DNA of 64,000 bases from Octopus vulgaris (GCA_951406725.2 OX597815.1:182404001-182468000); one strand, 5' to 3'; shown: positions 1 through 13,298, numbered from the stretch's first letter. Notes: generated by a model not told the origin, from the sequence alone. Program-made: numbers and translations.

Positions 1-54
<54 letters not shown>
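1..54. repeat. (ATCT)n microsatellite
   Basis: Pure tetranucleotide run at the window start. Confidence 0.97.
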
Positions 55-55
<1 letters not shown>

Positions 56-469
56 GGACAGACGCTGCTGTCAAGCGAGGCGTTACTGCTGTTTAGTCCC
101 GGGTCAAGTCTGAACGGGAAAAAAACATATGTTTAAAAACATTCCAGGTGTGAGCTTTGCATTATTTGTTTTCTTTCGTTGTCTTTCGGTGAGGGGGGAC
201 CCACCATTACATAATCTAATGTGTTCTTTTCTAATATCGTCGGGATGGGATTTAAAGGAGACGCTACTGATATTTCTAAATTACGAAGGGATTGTAAAGA
301 GAGCCCTTTCGCTGCTTTGGCTCCCACAGCTATGTTTATGTCGCTTGGCTAATGGGAACACTATTTATGTAGTTGGGACGCTGTAGTATTGTATTACTGA
401 CCAATAATATCACCAAATACCCTTAGTATGGCCGCAGTCCAATGACTAAAGCGAGTAAAAGATAGATTT

Positions 470-950
<481 letters not shown>

Positions 951-2124
951 ACATTTGTTTCAGTAATTGCTCTGCAGCTATTATGAAGCACCGCCTAGAA
1001 GAATTTTAGTCGCACGAATTGACCCTACTGCTTGCTTTTAAATCTTGGAACTTATTCAGTCGGTCTCCTTCGCCGAACTCTTAAGTTATGGGGACAGAAA
1101 TACACCAACAATGGTTGTCCAGTAGCAGTTGTCTTGGGCAATTACAAACATAAAGACACATATACAAACACCCATATATGTAGAAAAAAATGAAAGTAAA
1201 AACGGGATGGTCAGTATTAGAACGCCTTTAATCCATGCCTGGTTCCTATTAATGCCAAACTTGTGCTAAATATCTTCATCCGAATGTAGATGCAAGGTTG
1301 TGTGGTTGTGCTTGTGGTGGGAGCGCGAATACTTATGTGCCCTTGTCTGGTTTTGTGTCTGTATTGCGTTCATATGGTTGTGTCCCTCAAATCGTGTTTC
1401 TGAGACTTATTCTATAAACAACATGACAAAGACGTCAGAGAATCGTGTGGAATATTTTGCAGGATTTGTTTCGGCTTTCTGTCGTGGACGAATTTGCCGT
1501 TTAACACTTTCTGGGGCAATAATTAAAATTCCCACAGAGCAATTCTCTCTCTCTCTCTCCCATTCTCTCCCCCTCTCTCCCCCTCTCTCTCTCACTCTCT
1601 CTGCTTCTCCCCCTAAATACCTACCCACCTGCCTATCTTTTTTATCTCTCAGTCCTGCCATGTATTGGTGACACGCATTCAATACGAGAATTACTTTAAG
1701 AGTACAAACGCCTGAAGTATACTCAGCTGCCTACACATTAATTTCACAAGAAAGTGTTTACATGTTCACGAAACTGTGAAACTGAGTGTATAATCTCGAA
1801 ACCGACGGAGAATTTACCATGCGTATAGCCTTTCAGTGTGTTACCTGATTAAAAATACAATCATTTAATAATAAGATGATAAAACAGTGAAATAAATGTG
1901 TTACTAACTCCTCCATTCCATTCTCCGTATGCTCATTGTTATCCATAGCATATAATAAAGTGTAATGAATATACTGTTAGTATATAACAGGCAAACCTCT
2001 AGCACGGATATAGTAAGGGCGTAATGGATAAGCTAATCCGATATCAGAAAGAAAATCTGGGATGATCATAGCTAGAATGCCTTTGATCATAATACTCTGA
2101 GAACCAGGGTTAATCAGGGTTATC

Positions 2125-2515
2125 TTTTATCTTTAATCTTTCACTTGTTTTGGTCAGAAGACCGTGGCCATATTGGGGCACCGCCTTGAAGAATGAATCG
2201 ATCCCAGTACTTTTCTTTCATTTTTTAAGCCTGATACTTAATCTGTTTTTTTTTGTTGTTTTTTTTGCCGAACCGTTAAGTTACGTAGACGTAAACACAC
2301 CAGCACCGGTTGTTTTTGTCGTACCATTTTGGGGGACAAACACAGACACGAAGACACACAGTTTACGTCTATCAAATTCACTCACAACGCTTTAGCTATA
2401 GACGCGGGGCGACCAAAGAAATTACTTAGCTCACGGTGCCACGCTGTGGGACTGAACACGGAACCATGTGGTTTGGGAAGCAGGCTCCTTACCACACAGC
2501 TACACCTGCGCCTCT
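2125..2515 (-). mobile_element. SINE family B copy (tRNA head, CORE-like segment, LINE-derived tail), diverged
   Basis: Aligns by eye to the full copy at 58078-58533 (gccgaaccgttaagttacg...ggtgccacgctgtgggactgaac...taccacacagc). Confidence 0.85.
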
Positions 2516-3030
2516 ATCATGATCTCAAACACAAGCAGATCACACATTTCTTTCGGTGCAGGGAAAGGTATAGTCAATGAGATCGACCTCAATAATCAAA
2601 TTAATACTTATTTTATTGAACTCGGAAAGATGAAAGGCAAAATCAACTAAGGTGACATAAAACCTTATCAAACACCAATAATTGGGAAAGAAATTGATGA
2701 TTACCTATGTATGGAAAATACAACTGTCAATAGTGTTCATACTGGTTTTGTTCTCCATGTTATTGTTATTGTTGTTGTGGTGGTGGTGGAGGTGGTGGTT
2801 GCTGTTGTCGTTATTAGGCTTCCGATGCAGTGTCTCATACATGCTGACAGTGTTCTGTCATCGGAAGCATTTTGTAGGTGAAGTGACACAGCTACGGAGC
2901 AGACATATGTGTACATGTGTGTGCATGGTGTGTGTATGTGTGTGTGTGCTTGTGTTTTTGTATGTGTATGCGTGTAGGTATGCATGCTTGTATGAATATA
3001 TGTATATTTATTAATATATACATATATATA

Positions 3031-3083
<53 letters not shown>

Positions 3084-3099
3084 ATATATATATATATAT

Positions 3100-3182
<83 letters not shown>

Positions 3183-3258
3183 TATATATATATCCATATA
3201 TATATATATATATATATATCCATATATATATTCATATATATATATCCATATATATATC

Positions 3259-3316
<58 letters not shown>

Positions 3317-3428
3317 TATATACATATATACATGCATATACATTTGTATATTTATGTGTATATGTGAGTCTGTGTCTGTGTATGTGTGTGTGTCTGTATG
3401 TGTGTGTGTGTCTGTATGTGTGTGTGTC

Positions 3429-3513
<85 letters not shown>

Positions 3514-3743
3514 AGTGGTTCGAAATCTGAAATCTTATTTGATCTAAAGTTTTCTGCTGCCTTCTGAAGTCGTAGACTAATGACACCTTTTTAAACAGAA
3601 GTTTAAAATCTGTTATGAACTAAACTTTCGTATTATATTTCATATTATATGCTACTCAGTGTCAACGGTGTATATCGTACATCAATGGCTTGTTCATTAA
3701 CACCGTATTCTACATGCAAATATATATACATACGCACACACAC

Positions 3744-3801
<58 letters not shown>

Positions 3802-4928
3802 ATGTATGTATATATATATATTTGTGTGTGTATATATATATATATATACAGATAAATATATACATACATATATATACATATACCTACATATACATACATA
3901 TATATATGTGTGTGTGTGTATGTATATGTATGTAGAAACACACCACGGTAGGTAGTCATAGTTAAGAGTATCAGGTGAATAAAACTGTATATATAGGTGT
4001 TAAATGGATGTTATGACATTTATCACTGTTTCTGTAACACACACAAAAATAACGCACCTACATTCTTACTTACATGCACACGTAAACATATATACATACA
4101 TACATACATACATACATACATACATACATACATACATACGGACGTACATACATACATACGTACATACATACATACATACATACATACATACATACATACA
4201 TACATACATACATACATACATACATACATACATAGCTATGAAAAGTAATCAAGAGTAGGTCCAAACTTCAGCTCATATGTATTACAGTTCTTTATTTTCG
4301 GGTAAACACGAAGCGATATTTCAAGTCTGTGCAAACTAGGTTTTAGATGACATATTATTGTATTAACGCTTTTTTATTTCCGCTGTTTTGTCATTCAATT
4401 TCAGGCAAGAATCTTAAGTCTGACGTGCCATTTCCTCATTTGTCATAGCAATATTTTTTATCTTTCCATCATTGACATTTTTCTTTTTTTCAATAATTAA
4501 GACATAGTTTCGCCGGATTGCCTGATAAGGAGTTGATACTAAGATGTACTGTGTGTTCAGCTTCAGGATGTATTTTTCTTTAGTACGGATTCTATGATTA
4601 ATATTTCTGGTTTTATTTGTCATCATCTTGTATTAACATCTTTGTAATATTCGTTCCTATAAAGGTAAATAATTTTCCAAGTGGCATTCCTCTTATATAT
4701 GACACAATGAATTAAAGTGGTTTACTGTAGCAGATGGTCAGTCAGGAATGGTGATATATATATATATATATATATATATGGTTAATAATATTTTTCGTAT
4801 CTTCCATCTTCCGTCTCTCATTAACCAAATACATAACGAGCACCTGAAAGTGACTCTGATTTACCAGTAAGCTACCAGGTATAAACCATTCATGTTTTTT
4901 ACCTGACACACAGACGCACACACACACT

Positions 4929-4959
<31 letters not shown>

Positions 4960-5001
4960 GCGTGTATATACATGTATATATATTCATAACTATATATATA
5001 T

Positions 5002-5226
5002 TCATTGATTAAACCTCGCTAAGTTAAATATTTAAATCACCTGAAGAATGACTGTAACTCGAAATTTTAAAATTGGACAGCCATGAAACGATCGTAGTGT
5101 TATATTAATTATCTTTTTTTAATAATTTTGATATATATTTAAAATAATATAAATTAATCAATCTTATGTATTGGCTTAAGTTTTTCATTGTATGATTTGC
5201 CTAATAGTGGTTTTATCTCTAATTTA
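5002..5226 (+). mobile_element. Short hammerhead-bearing element in a TA tract, flanked by a 24-nt direct repeat
   Basis: atatattcataactatatatatat at 4978-5001 and 5227-5250; the 3' part resembles the reverse complement of 45458-45490. Confidence 0.7.
5038..5099 (+). ncRNA. Type I hammerhead ribozyme motif
   Basis: cac-CTGAAGA-atgactg...cagccat-GAAA-cgatcg-TA-gtg: canonical core, stem II 6/7 bp, palindromic stem III, GUA triplet. Confidence 0.8.
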
Positions 5227-5239
5227 ATATATTCATAAC

Positions 5240-5271
<32 letters not shown>

Positions 5272-5304
5272 TATATGTGTATATAAATGTAAATACATAC
5301 ACAC

Positions 5305-5362
<58 letters not shown>

Positions 5363-5493
5363 CGTCAGTATATCCCAAAAAGAAGCACACAAAAATAAAT
5401 CGGAAAAGAATTTATACCGCAATAGAGTATTCAGATAAAGATAGTTATGTCCAGTTTACAGGGTAACCCTATAAAACAATAACTATCTTTCTC

Positions 5494-5532
<39 letters not shown>

Positions 5533-5534
<2 letters not shown>

Positions 5535-5681
5535 CTCTCGTTGTGTTCTGTGTCCCTTTCTGTAGAAGAGCGTAGGCTCGAAACGTAAAATACTTTTTCT
5601 ATTCCTGAGCGTTATACTAATACATCTGTTTGTTTTTTACACCACCTTCGTCTTTTGTTGTTTTTTTTGTAAACTCTCCTT
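5533..5681 (+). mobile_element. Short TA-flanked element with a variant hammerhead (5557-5590)
   Basis: ttt-CTGTAGA-a-gagc-gtag-gctc-GAAA-cgt-A-aaa; related to 23375-23550 and 56520-56710; a reverse fragment lies at 43225-43272. Confidence 0.65.
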
Positions 5682-5694
5682 ACATATATATATG

Positions 5695-5747
<53 letters not shown>

Positions 5748-6259
5748 TGTGTAGGTCTGTGCATGCATATAGATATAGATATATGCCAAATACCTATTTA
5801 AAATCTTGCGTGTTTATTATTGAATGTGTTGGGTATTGGTCATCAAATCAATATGTATCCGGGCTATATAACAAATACTAATTTTTTTTTAAAAAGTAAG
5901 AAAACAATACGAAGACACTAATTAAGTGAAATACGTCATGAATTGCATCCAATTATAAACTAGTACAAATAATTTAGAAGAACACCAAAATTCTAATCTA
6001 TTCATCTTCAGCAAATTCCATGGCTGCAGGCCTTCGAATAAATTGTTCAATGTACAAAATTAACTTTAAATCTAACAGCTGGAAACTTTGTTTTATAGAA
6101 ATTACATTGGACAATGTAGAAGTGAATTAAAAAGAAGAAAAAAAAACAAACAATTTATAAAGAAATTAAACTCAATTTTTATCGTATTCTCCAAACTTAA
6201 GAGAAATAGTGTTACTTATATCTACGAGTACTTGTGTGTTCGAATGTATGTGTAACTAA

Positions 6260-6785
6260 AGGCGACGAGCTGGCAGAAACGTTAGCAAGCCTTTCATCCT
6301 TTCGGAGTCGATTAAATAAGTACCAGTTACGCACTGGGTCGATATAATCGACTTAATCCGTTTGTTTGTCCTTGTTTATCTCCTCTGTGTTTAGCCCCTT
6401 GTGGGTAGTAAAGAAATACGTTTTTCGTCTGCCTCTACGTTCTGAGTTCAAATTCCGCCGAGGTCAACTTTGCCTTTCATCCTTTCGGGGTCGATTAAAT
6501 AAGTACCAGTTACGCACTGGGGTCGATATAATCGACTTAATCCGTTTGTTTGTCCTTGTTTATCTCCTCTGTGTTTAGCCCCTTGTGGGTAGTAAAGAAA
6601 TACGTATTTCGTCTGCCGTTACGTTCTGAGTTGAAATTCCGCCGAGGTCGACTTTGCCTTTCATCTTCTCGGGGTCGATTAAATAAGTACCAGTTACGCA
6701 CTGGGGTCGATATAATCGACTCAATCCGTTTGTCTCTCCTTGTTTGTCCTGTCTGTGTTTAGCCCCTTGTGGGTAGTAAAGAAAT
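6260..6785 (+). mobile_element. SINE family A (tRNA-derived, Meta-like central domain) as a head-to-tail trimer
   Basis: ggcgacgagctggcagaaacgttagc head; gcctttcatcctttcggggtcgattaaataagtaccag domain x3; 184-bp period; 16-bp TSD atgtatgtgtaactaa at 6244-6259 and 6786-6801. Confidence 0.92.
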
Positions 6786-7573
6786 ATGTATGTGTAACTA
6801 ATATTTGAAACACGGTTTTTGTAAGTATATTTATGTGTATGAGTGACTCTGTTATTCAGATGTAACAACCAACAAATTTGGCACTTCGTGCATGCATGCG
6901 TGTGATGTAGTGCGTGTGCATTTTCTGCAGTAGTCTTGGTTGGGTGTTGACGAATGCAAGCAGTACTTGCATATTGTTCATCTTTCTATTGGTAATTTAT
7001 GTTTCACTGTCACAATCACATTCGATGAATTTACTATTTATGTTCTGCTTTGTCATCTGTCCTATAATAGCATCTGAAACCCCCGTGTAATTAGATCTAT
7101 TGTTACACTATATCTAGTATCATGCCGGAATTCAGAAAACACTGCTGAGAGCAATCGACTATTTATTGCCGATGCTAGTTTGTTATGTAACTAACAATTT
7201 GTTGGGGGTGTGATAATTGATTAATGCACTACGGTGGCTTCCGTTGCCTCGTATATTTCTGTAGTTGACAGTTTTGCGTTCATATTATGTTGAGATCTGC
7301 GTATCAATTGCGATGTCTATGAACCAAATAGCAGAAATATAGATATATTTATTTAATATTACATTAAAGACATCGCCCGCTTCCTAAATAAATTAACTTC
7401 ATGCAACGTTAAAATAAATCTTCATTATAATCGGTTCTTACCAAGTGGATAATGGGAAAAAGACGCTGTAAAACTGAAGCCTTTTCCTTCTCTCTCATCT
7501 CTCGTTCTCTCCCTCTAACTATATATACGTATACATACATACATACATACATACATAAATATAAATATATATA

Positions 7574-7685
<112 letters not shown>

Positions 7686-8129
7686 GAATAATTTCCCCAA
7701 ATGGAAATTGAAATCGTGGGATCAACTGCCATTAATATTATTGCTTCTGTACAGTTATCAACATATAATTGCCAGAAATGGATCTAACTTCAGCCGAAAC
7801 AAAGATTTTTTTTTTTTTTGTGAGGAGTTTGCATAAACATTATCCCAACGGTTATGTATTTTATGCTACTGAGAAGGAAAGATCATACAAATATAAATTC
7901 TCTCCCACTCAAATCTACAAGATGTTCATACATAGAAGAAAGGAAACGAATTTGGACATAATATGATATCACAGGAAGATAAATTCGCGAGATTTCAATG
8001 TAAGAATTCATTTTCTTCGCGTGTAATTTTTTCATTCTATAATCACTGCTTTTCTTCACTTTTAAAATTCAGAATGGGAGTACATAAGTTTGCACACTGA
8101 GTAACAGGGACACTATCAAGAATAATATC

Positions 8130-8456
8130 CTTTTCTACTCTAGGCACAAGGCCCGAAATTTTGGGGGAGGGGCCAGTCGCTTAAATCGACCCCAATACAT
8201 AACTGGTACTTAATTCATCAACCCTGAAAGAATAAAAGAAAAAATCGACCCCAGAACTCAGATCGTAAATGCAGACAAAATACCGCTAAGCATTTTGATT
8301 ATATCGACCCCAGTGCGTAACTGGTACTTATTTAATCGACCCCGAAAGGATGAAAGGCAAAGTCGACCTCGGCGGAATCTGAACTCAGAACGTAGCGGCA
8401 GACGAAATACCGCTAAGCATTTCGTCCGGCGTGCTAACGTTTCTGCCAGCTCACCG
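8130..8456 (-). mobile_element. SINE family A copy (partial dimer, alternative tail)
   Basis: Reverse complement of family A; 14-bp TSD tcaagaataatatc at 8116-8129 and 8457-8470. Confidence 0.9.
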
Positions 8457-9129
8457 TCAAGAATAATATCAATAAAAACACGTTAAGGAGCTGATGATAT
8501 TGATAACGTCACAATATAATGACGCCACATTTCTTCAACTAAAATTTGGTGGGTCATATCTATGTAATATAAACTACGAGAATATGATCAGACAATGCGA
8601 CAGTCCAGAGGCTGAATGTATTAAAATGTAGAAATATTAATACACATGGACTGGTACGATGTATTTAAATGCAGAAATATAAATATTTAATATTCAAATT
8701 CGGTGATTGATGTGAGCGTGTGAGTAGGTATTTAAACATATGCAAATCCATAAACCCCGACGCCCACGTACACACAATTACATACGCATCTAATACAAAA
8801 TGCATATCATATTGCTAAGATTTCTGTCAAAGACTCTTCTCTCATTATTAGTTGAAATTTATCTGTTATGTCTACCACTCTTTGGACTTTACCAAGTTAC
8901 CAGCTGCTGTTCGACTTCTGTCATCCTGCATTGAACAATCCGAACTTAATTCACATGTCTTGAAGTCTTAAAACTTTGGTTCTATTTTATACTATATACA
9001 GGTTCGTAGATACTTGCAGGTACACACATATTTCAGATTTAAGTTGCACGAATAGAAGATCAAAGATGTTAGATAAAATAAGAGTAATATATTTTTTAGA
9101 AAGATAGCACACGTTTACCACTAATAGTA

Positions 9130-9980
9130 TTTAAGAAGGTGCTCGTTCAATAAGACTGGCTTCAATCTGAGCGAAGGTTTCGAGGCAGTCACAGAAGCTA
9201 CTTCATGTCAAAATCAGATTCTAATTTCTATTCATCCTTCCGTACAAAATAGCAACCTTTAACAATGCTACCTGTTAGTCTCCCTCTTTACGACGCTCAA
9301 GACATAGCAGTGCACGAGTTTCCGAATCAGAACTGCTCGCATGTCACATTGGGACTGATATCATCGAAACATCCTTGACTAACCAACCTTTCTTTATGTG
9401 ACACCAAGTAGATTTCGACAGAGACAGGCGCAACTTTCTTTGGGGTCAACCTTCAACAACATGGCATCGACCTCCAGACCGTGCCGCAAGAATTGAATTG
9501 GAGGTATATGAGATGGTGGGAGCTCGGTGCACCCAGTTAGGTCCCTCTGTGAGGCCTTCGCAAAACCACTTGTAACTATGTCGCCTTTATTAAAGATATT
9601 GGTGAAGAGTAACGACTTCCCCAAGATGCTTAAATGTCTCTTCGGATGACGTAATTTTTCTTGGTCTGACTGAAAATTCACTCATTACATTGGACTCGTC
9701 CGAGAGGTCCTTGAGCACCTTATGTCTGACAATGGACTCCTTCGCTTTTAGATACTTAGCAATGTTTTATAGCGAACCGTTGGAGATGGAACTGATGTTC
9801 TGAATTTAATAAGTGAACACTGCCGTCTGACATCTGTCTCTGAGAATGTTTCTCTGTCTCTCTTGCCACAGGTGGTACATCCTCGTCAATGGCTTCCAGC
9901 ACTTTTCTGATGCATATCTCGAAAGAACTTCCTGTGTTCAAGAAGTTGGAGATCATGTGTTGTCTATGTAGCTGCAATAG
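9130..9980 (-). mobile_element. Degenerate Tc1/mariner-superfamily (maT/DD37D-like) transposase relic
   Basis: Minus-strand fragments NIAKYLKAKESIVRHKVLKDL (HTH-like), PPIQFLRHGLEVDA (cf. MPPHFFPQGLRVNA) and SPNV..SSSD..LVHCYVLSVVKRETN (cf. WPPNSPDLNPLDYYVWSVVERETN); many stops and frameshifts. Confidence 0.7.
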
Positions 9981-10249
9981 ATATTTAGAAACATTAAAAG
10001 ATAGATAGAGAGAGGGAGAGAGAGAGAGAATGTAATGTGTTTAAAAAGCAAAGCAGTACATAGTGTTGAGACTGTTAGTGAGAAAGAGAGAGAGAGAGAG
10101 AGAGAGAGAAGAAGAGAGAGTGTGTGTCGCGAAAAACGAAAAAATAAACAGGCTTAATAAACACACACACACAAACAAACATATATATATTTATATATAT
10201 ACGCGCACACACACATATATGTATATATATGTATATATATATGTGTGTG

Positions 10250-10326
<77 letters not shown>

Positions 10327-10330
<4 letters not shown>

Positions 10331-10533
10331 GTATAATAACTGTATATAATATATATCATAATGATATATATTCTCCGATTTCAAGCAACAATTTTTAAAT
10401 CTAAACAAATGACTGAAAAATGATGAGCTAACCGCTGGTATTTTTCAGTCATTTGTTTATATTTAAAAAATTGTCGCTTGAAATCGGAGAATATATATCA
10501 TTATGATATATATTATATAGTTATTATACGTAT
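10327..10533. repeat. Near-perfect inverted repeat, about 95-bp arms, 18-nt spacer, inside a (TA)n tract
   Basis: ttctccgatttcaagc...aaacaaatgactgaaaaat versus atttttcagtcatttgttt...gcttgaaatcggagaa; spacer 10422-10439. Confidence 0.93.
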
Positions 10534-10534
10534 G

Positions 10535-10589
<55 letters not shown>

Positions 10590-10608
10590 GAGTTTCTAAT
10601 CATGGTAA

Positions 10609-10664
10609 CACGTGCTGAAGAAGCTAAGGTTTTATTTTTACCAATGCGGAAATCGATCCACGTG
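10609..10664 (+). ncRNA. Type I hammerhead ribozyme motif
   Basis: cacgtg-CTGAAGA-agc...ggt...acc...gcg-GAAA-tcga-TC-cacgtg: 6-bp stem I, canonical core, palindromic atcgat stem III; stem II partly decayed. Confidence 0.78.
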
Positions 10665-11056
10665 AGTCCAAATACTTAAATGTATGTTAGTAGATTGTCT
10701 TAACCTGATTTTGCCTTCGTTTGATTTCTGTAGTTTTCATCGGTGTATTTTTGGCGATTTAATAAGTGTTTTGACTGTTATTTTTAAGCAGGTTGACATA
10801 CCTAGTACATTCATACATACGTATAATTATGTATATTCATATATATATTAATCCCAATACAGCGAAAATCAGAAGTACAGAAATAAATCTGATTATCTAA
10901 TTACAGTGTCTTGCGTTTGATAATGAAGTATATGAACGTAAGCGCGTTTCTTTTATGCTATCGAAGCATGGCGAAAAAAAATAGGGTCGTCCCTCGAGAG
11001 ACTCTGTCACGATTTCTTGACTGCTCTTCGAAGAGCTCTTAACCAATCTCCTTACC

Positions 11057-11412
11057 CACTGCATAGTGCCAAGGACTCCAAACTTGTCATCAAAATGTAG
11101 GACAAGATACTGTGATAGCCTGGGCTTCAGAGGCCCACAGCTCTTCAATATCCTCCCGAAGAACCTGAGAGACCTGCATGGGGTGGATGCAGATGTCTTT
11201 AAAATAAAATTGGATCCCTTCCTGTCAGGTGTCCCAGATGAACCAACTTCACGGCAGGAGGTGCAGATGAGGGCAGCTGCATCGAACTCTCTCATGCACC
11301 AAATGTCAATTGCTAAAAAGCATTTGTGAAGTAAAATCATGTAGCAACACCAAATGGCAGTGCCCCAGCATGGCCACAGCTCGTGAGCTGAAACTAGATA
11401 AAATTAAAAAAA
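11057..11412 (+). mobile_element. 5'-truncated CR1-group LINE 3' end (ORF2 C-terminus and 3' UTR)
   Basis: ORF 11066-11329 SLGFRGPQLFNILPKNLR...VFKIKLDPFLSGVPDEP...AASNSL is typical of the post-RT tail; 3' stem-loop and A-rich end. Confidence 0.8.
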
Positions 11413-11560
11413 TAACATAACAAAAAATACCCAGTCTGTAGCAGAGAGTATTCAGCTTTAACACAATGCAATCATGTATTAAGTTATTGCCGTGGTGGAT
11501 GGTTCGGTTTGCATATTTCTCCTTTCGAAATTCAGTTAATCATTAATTATAGATCGATAA

Positions 11561-12164
11561 AAGGCGGCGAGCTGGCAGAATCACTAGCTGGCCAGGTAAA
11601 ATGCTTTGGGTCATTTCAACTGTTTTTATGATCCGAGTTCAAAATCGAATTTACCTTTCACACATTCGGAGTGGATAAAATAAATGTCAGTTGGACACTG
11701 GGGCCGATCTTGCCTCCCCAAAGTCCATCCCTACCCCCTCGCCGTGGTGGGGATGCTGGCAACGGGTAGTGTCAGAGCTATGCCGTCGGGAACTTCGGTT
11801 CCTGGTAGGGCAACCCAAGGCGGATTGGTCTGACACCGAGTGGTATTAGGGCCACAACCCGTCAGAAACTCTGGTGAAAATCCTCGGAGTGTCTGCTTCG
11901 GCAACCGGCGGATCCTCGGTCGTTCTGTCCCTTCGTCTGCGGACAATCTGCGGCAAACAGGATGTCTCCACATGCGGGATTGTTGCGGACCGCTTGTGAA
12001 ATCCACAAATTCCTACGAAAATTCTTCCATGAGTAGAAGAAGCCGACTCAACCCGCCCAGGGTGAATGTCGCCACAAGTACAAGTAAGTAAAGTACTGGG
12101 GCCGATCAAGTTAACTTACCCCACTTTCCCCAAAATTGCTGGCATTGTGCTAAAATTTGAAACC
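11561..12164 (+). mobile_element. Old SINE family A copy split by a nested insertion
   Basis: aaggcggcgagctggcagaa head at 11561; the body resumes after 12107 with the ccccaaaattgctggcattgtgc tail. Confidence 0.8.
11710..12094 (+). mobile_element. 385-bp GC-rich non-autonomous retroelement (RTE-like 5' end and AAGT-type tail)
   Basis: 13-bp TSD actggggccgatc at 11697-11709 and 12095-12107; tail caagtacaagtaagtaaagt; gagctatgccgtc...ggtagggcaacccaagg resembles recalled RTE-clade 5' UTRs. Confidence 0.82.
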
Positions 12165-12714
12165 ATTCATCAAAAGTATAGAAAGAGTGTATTACGCATC
12201 CTTACATTCTTACGCTTTCTTAGCACAGCTAATGTTTCCTGTCATATACATATATTTCTGTATTTCTGATTTACGCTGTGTTCAGAAAATAGCATCTGGT
12301 TAAAGATGAATCACCTAACAGCACAAATATATATATTCTGAATATATATTCAGTTATGGTATCAGCATAATTCAAGCTTGCTTTCTACATTTGTTCGATC
12401 CTCAGTGTTTTCAACTGGTGGACTGGATTCGAAAATTGAGTACATCTCTGGGAAGCGATCGACAATATGTGAATCGGTCCGTCAAGAAACCCCTCCTCAC
12501 CTCCATGATATATTTATCAAATATCGAAATCACAGCAGGGAAGTGTTTATATTTTTATAGTTCATTATAACAGCTGTAGATGCGTAATACACATTCATAC
12601 ATACATTTATATATATATATATATCAACCTATCAGTCTGTTTTCCTCCTCTCTCTCTCCCTTTCTTTCTCTTTCTCTCTCTCTCTCTTTATATATATATG
12701 TATATATATATATG

Positions 12715-13160
12715 CAAAAAAATCGGAGTAAGAACGTAACGATTGACAATAAAAAGATACGGACAGATAGACTTACAAAGACGGGCAGGAAAAACCAGGA
12801 CGGATCATTCGTCGTCCTCTATTCATCAGTCAAACTTCTAATTATCATTACAGTTTCGGCCCGTTACACTTGAGACTGTACAAAATTGGCAAGAGCATTA
12901 AATTTTTTGCGTCAAGGCTTTCACTCCACTCGCAAGCTTAACTTATTAGTCGAAACACACCTGTTTTTACTCTCTTGTTGTTTCTATTTGTAATCGTGTA
13001 ACAACATTTTCTCCGTTTTCTCGTACTTTTTGTCTGTGTTGTACACATTCGCTTGCTTTCTTCCAAAAACTTAATTATCTTAGCTTAGATTTTTGGGGCC
13101 TACCAATTTCGAGCAGTCTTAAGTGTAACACGCCGAAGCTGTTATTATAATTGGAAGCTT
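12715..13160. mobile_element. TA-flanked repeat with an internally inverted segment; same family as 53605-53977
   Basis: 12835-12890 is the reverse complement of 13102-13160; caaggctttcactccac...ttagtcgaaacacacctg...cgcttgctttcttccaaa is shared with 53610-53768. Confidence 0.75.
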
Positions 13161-13161
13161 A

Positions 13162-13294
<133 letters not shown>

Positions 13295-13298
13295 CTCT

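Noticed and set aside
6366-6762. Two near-identical 70-aa ORFs, and the regularly spaced repeats as a possible CRISPR-like array
   Set aside because: They are tandem SINE units with no unique spacers; eukaryotic context
8491-8525. CTGATGA followed by a tattg/caata hairpin
   Set aside because: No GAAA and no stem I; likely chance
11731-12109. Three overlapping 83-91 aa ORFs in the GC-rich insert
   Set aside because: No protein motifs; explained by local GC richness of a structured non-coding element
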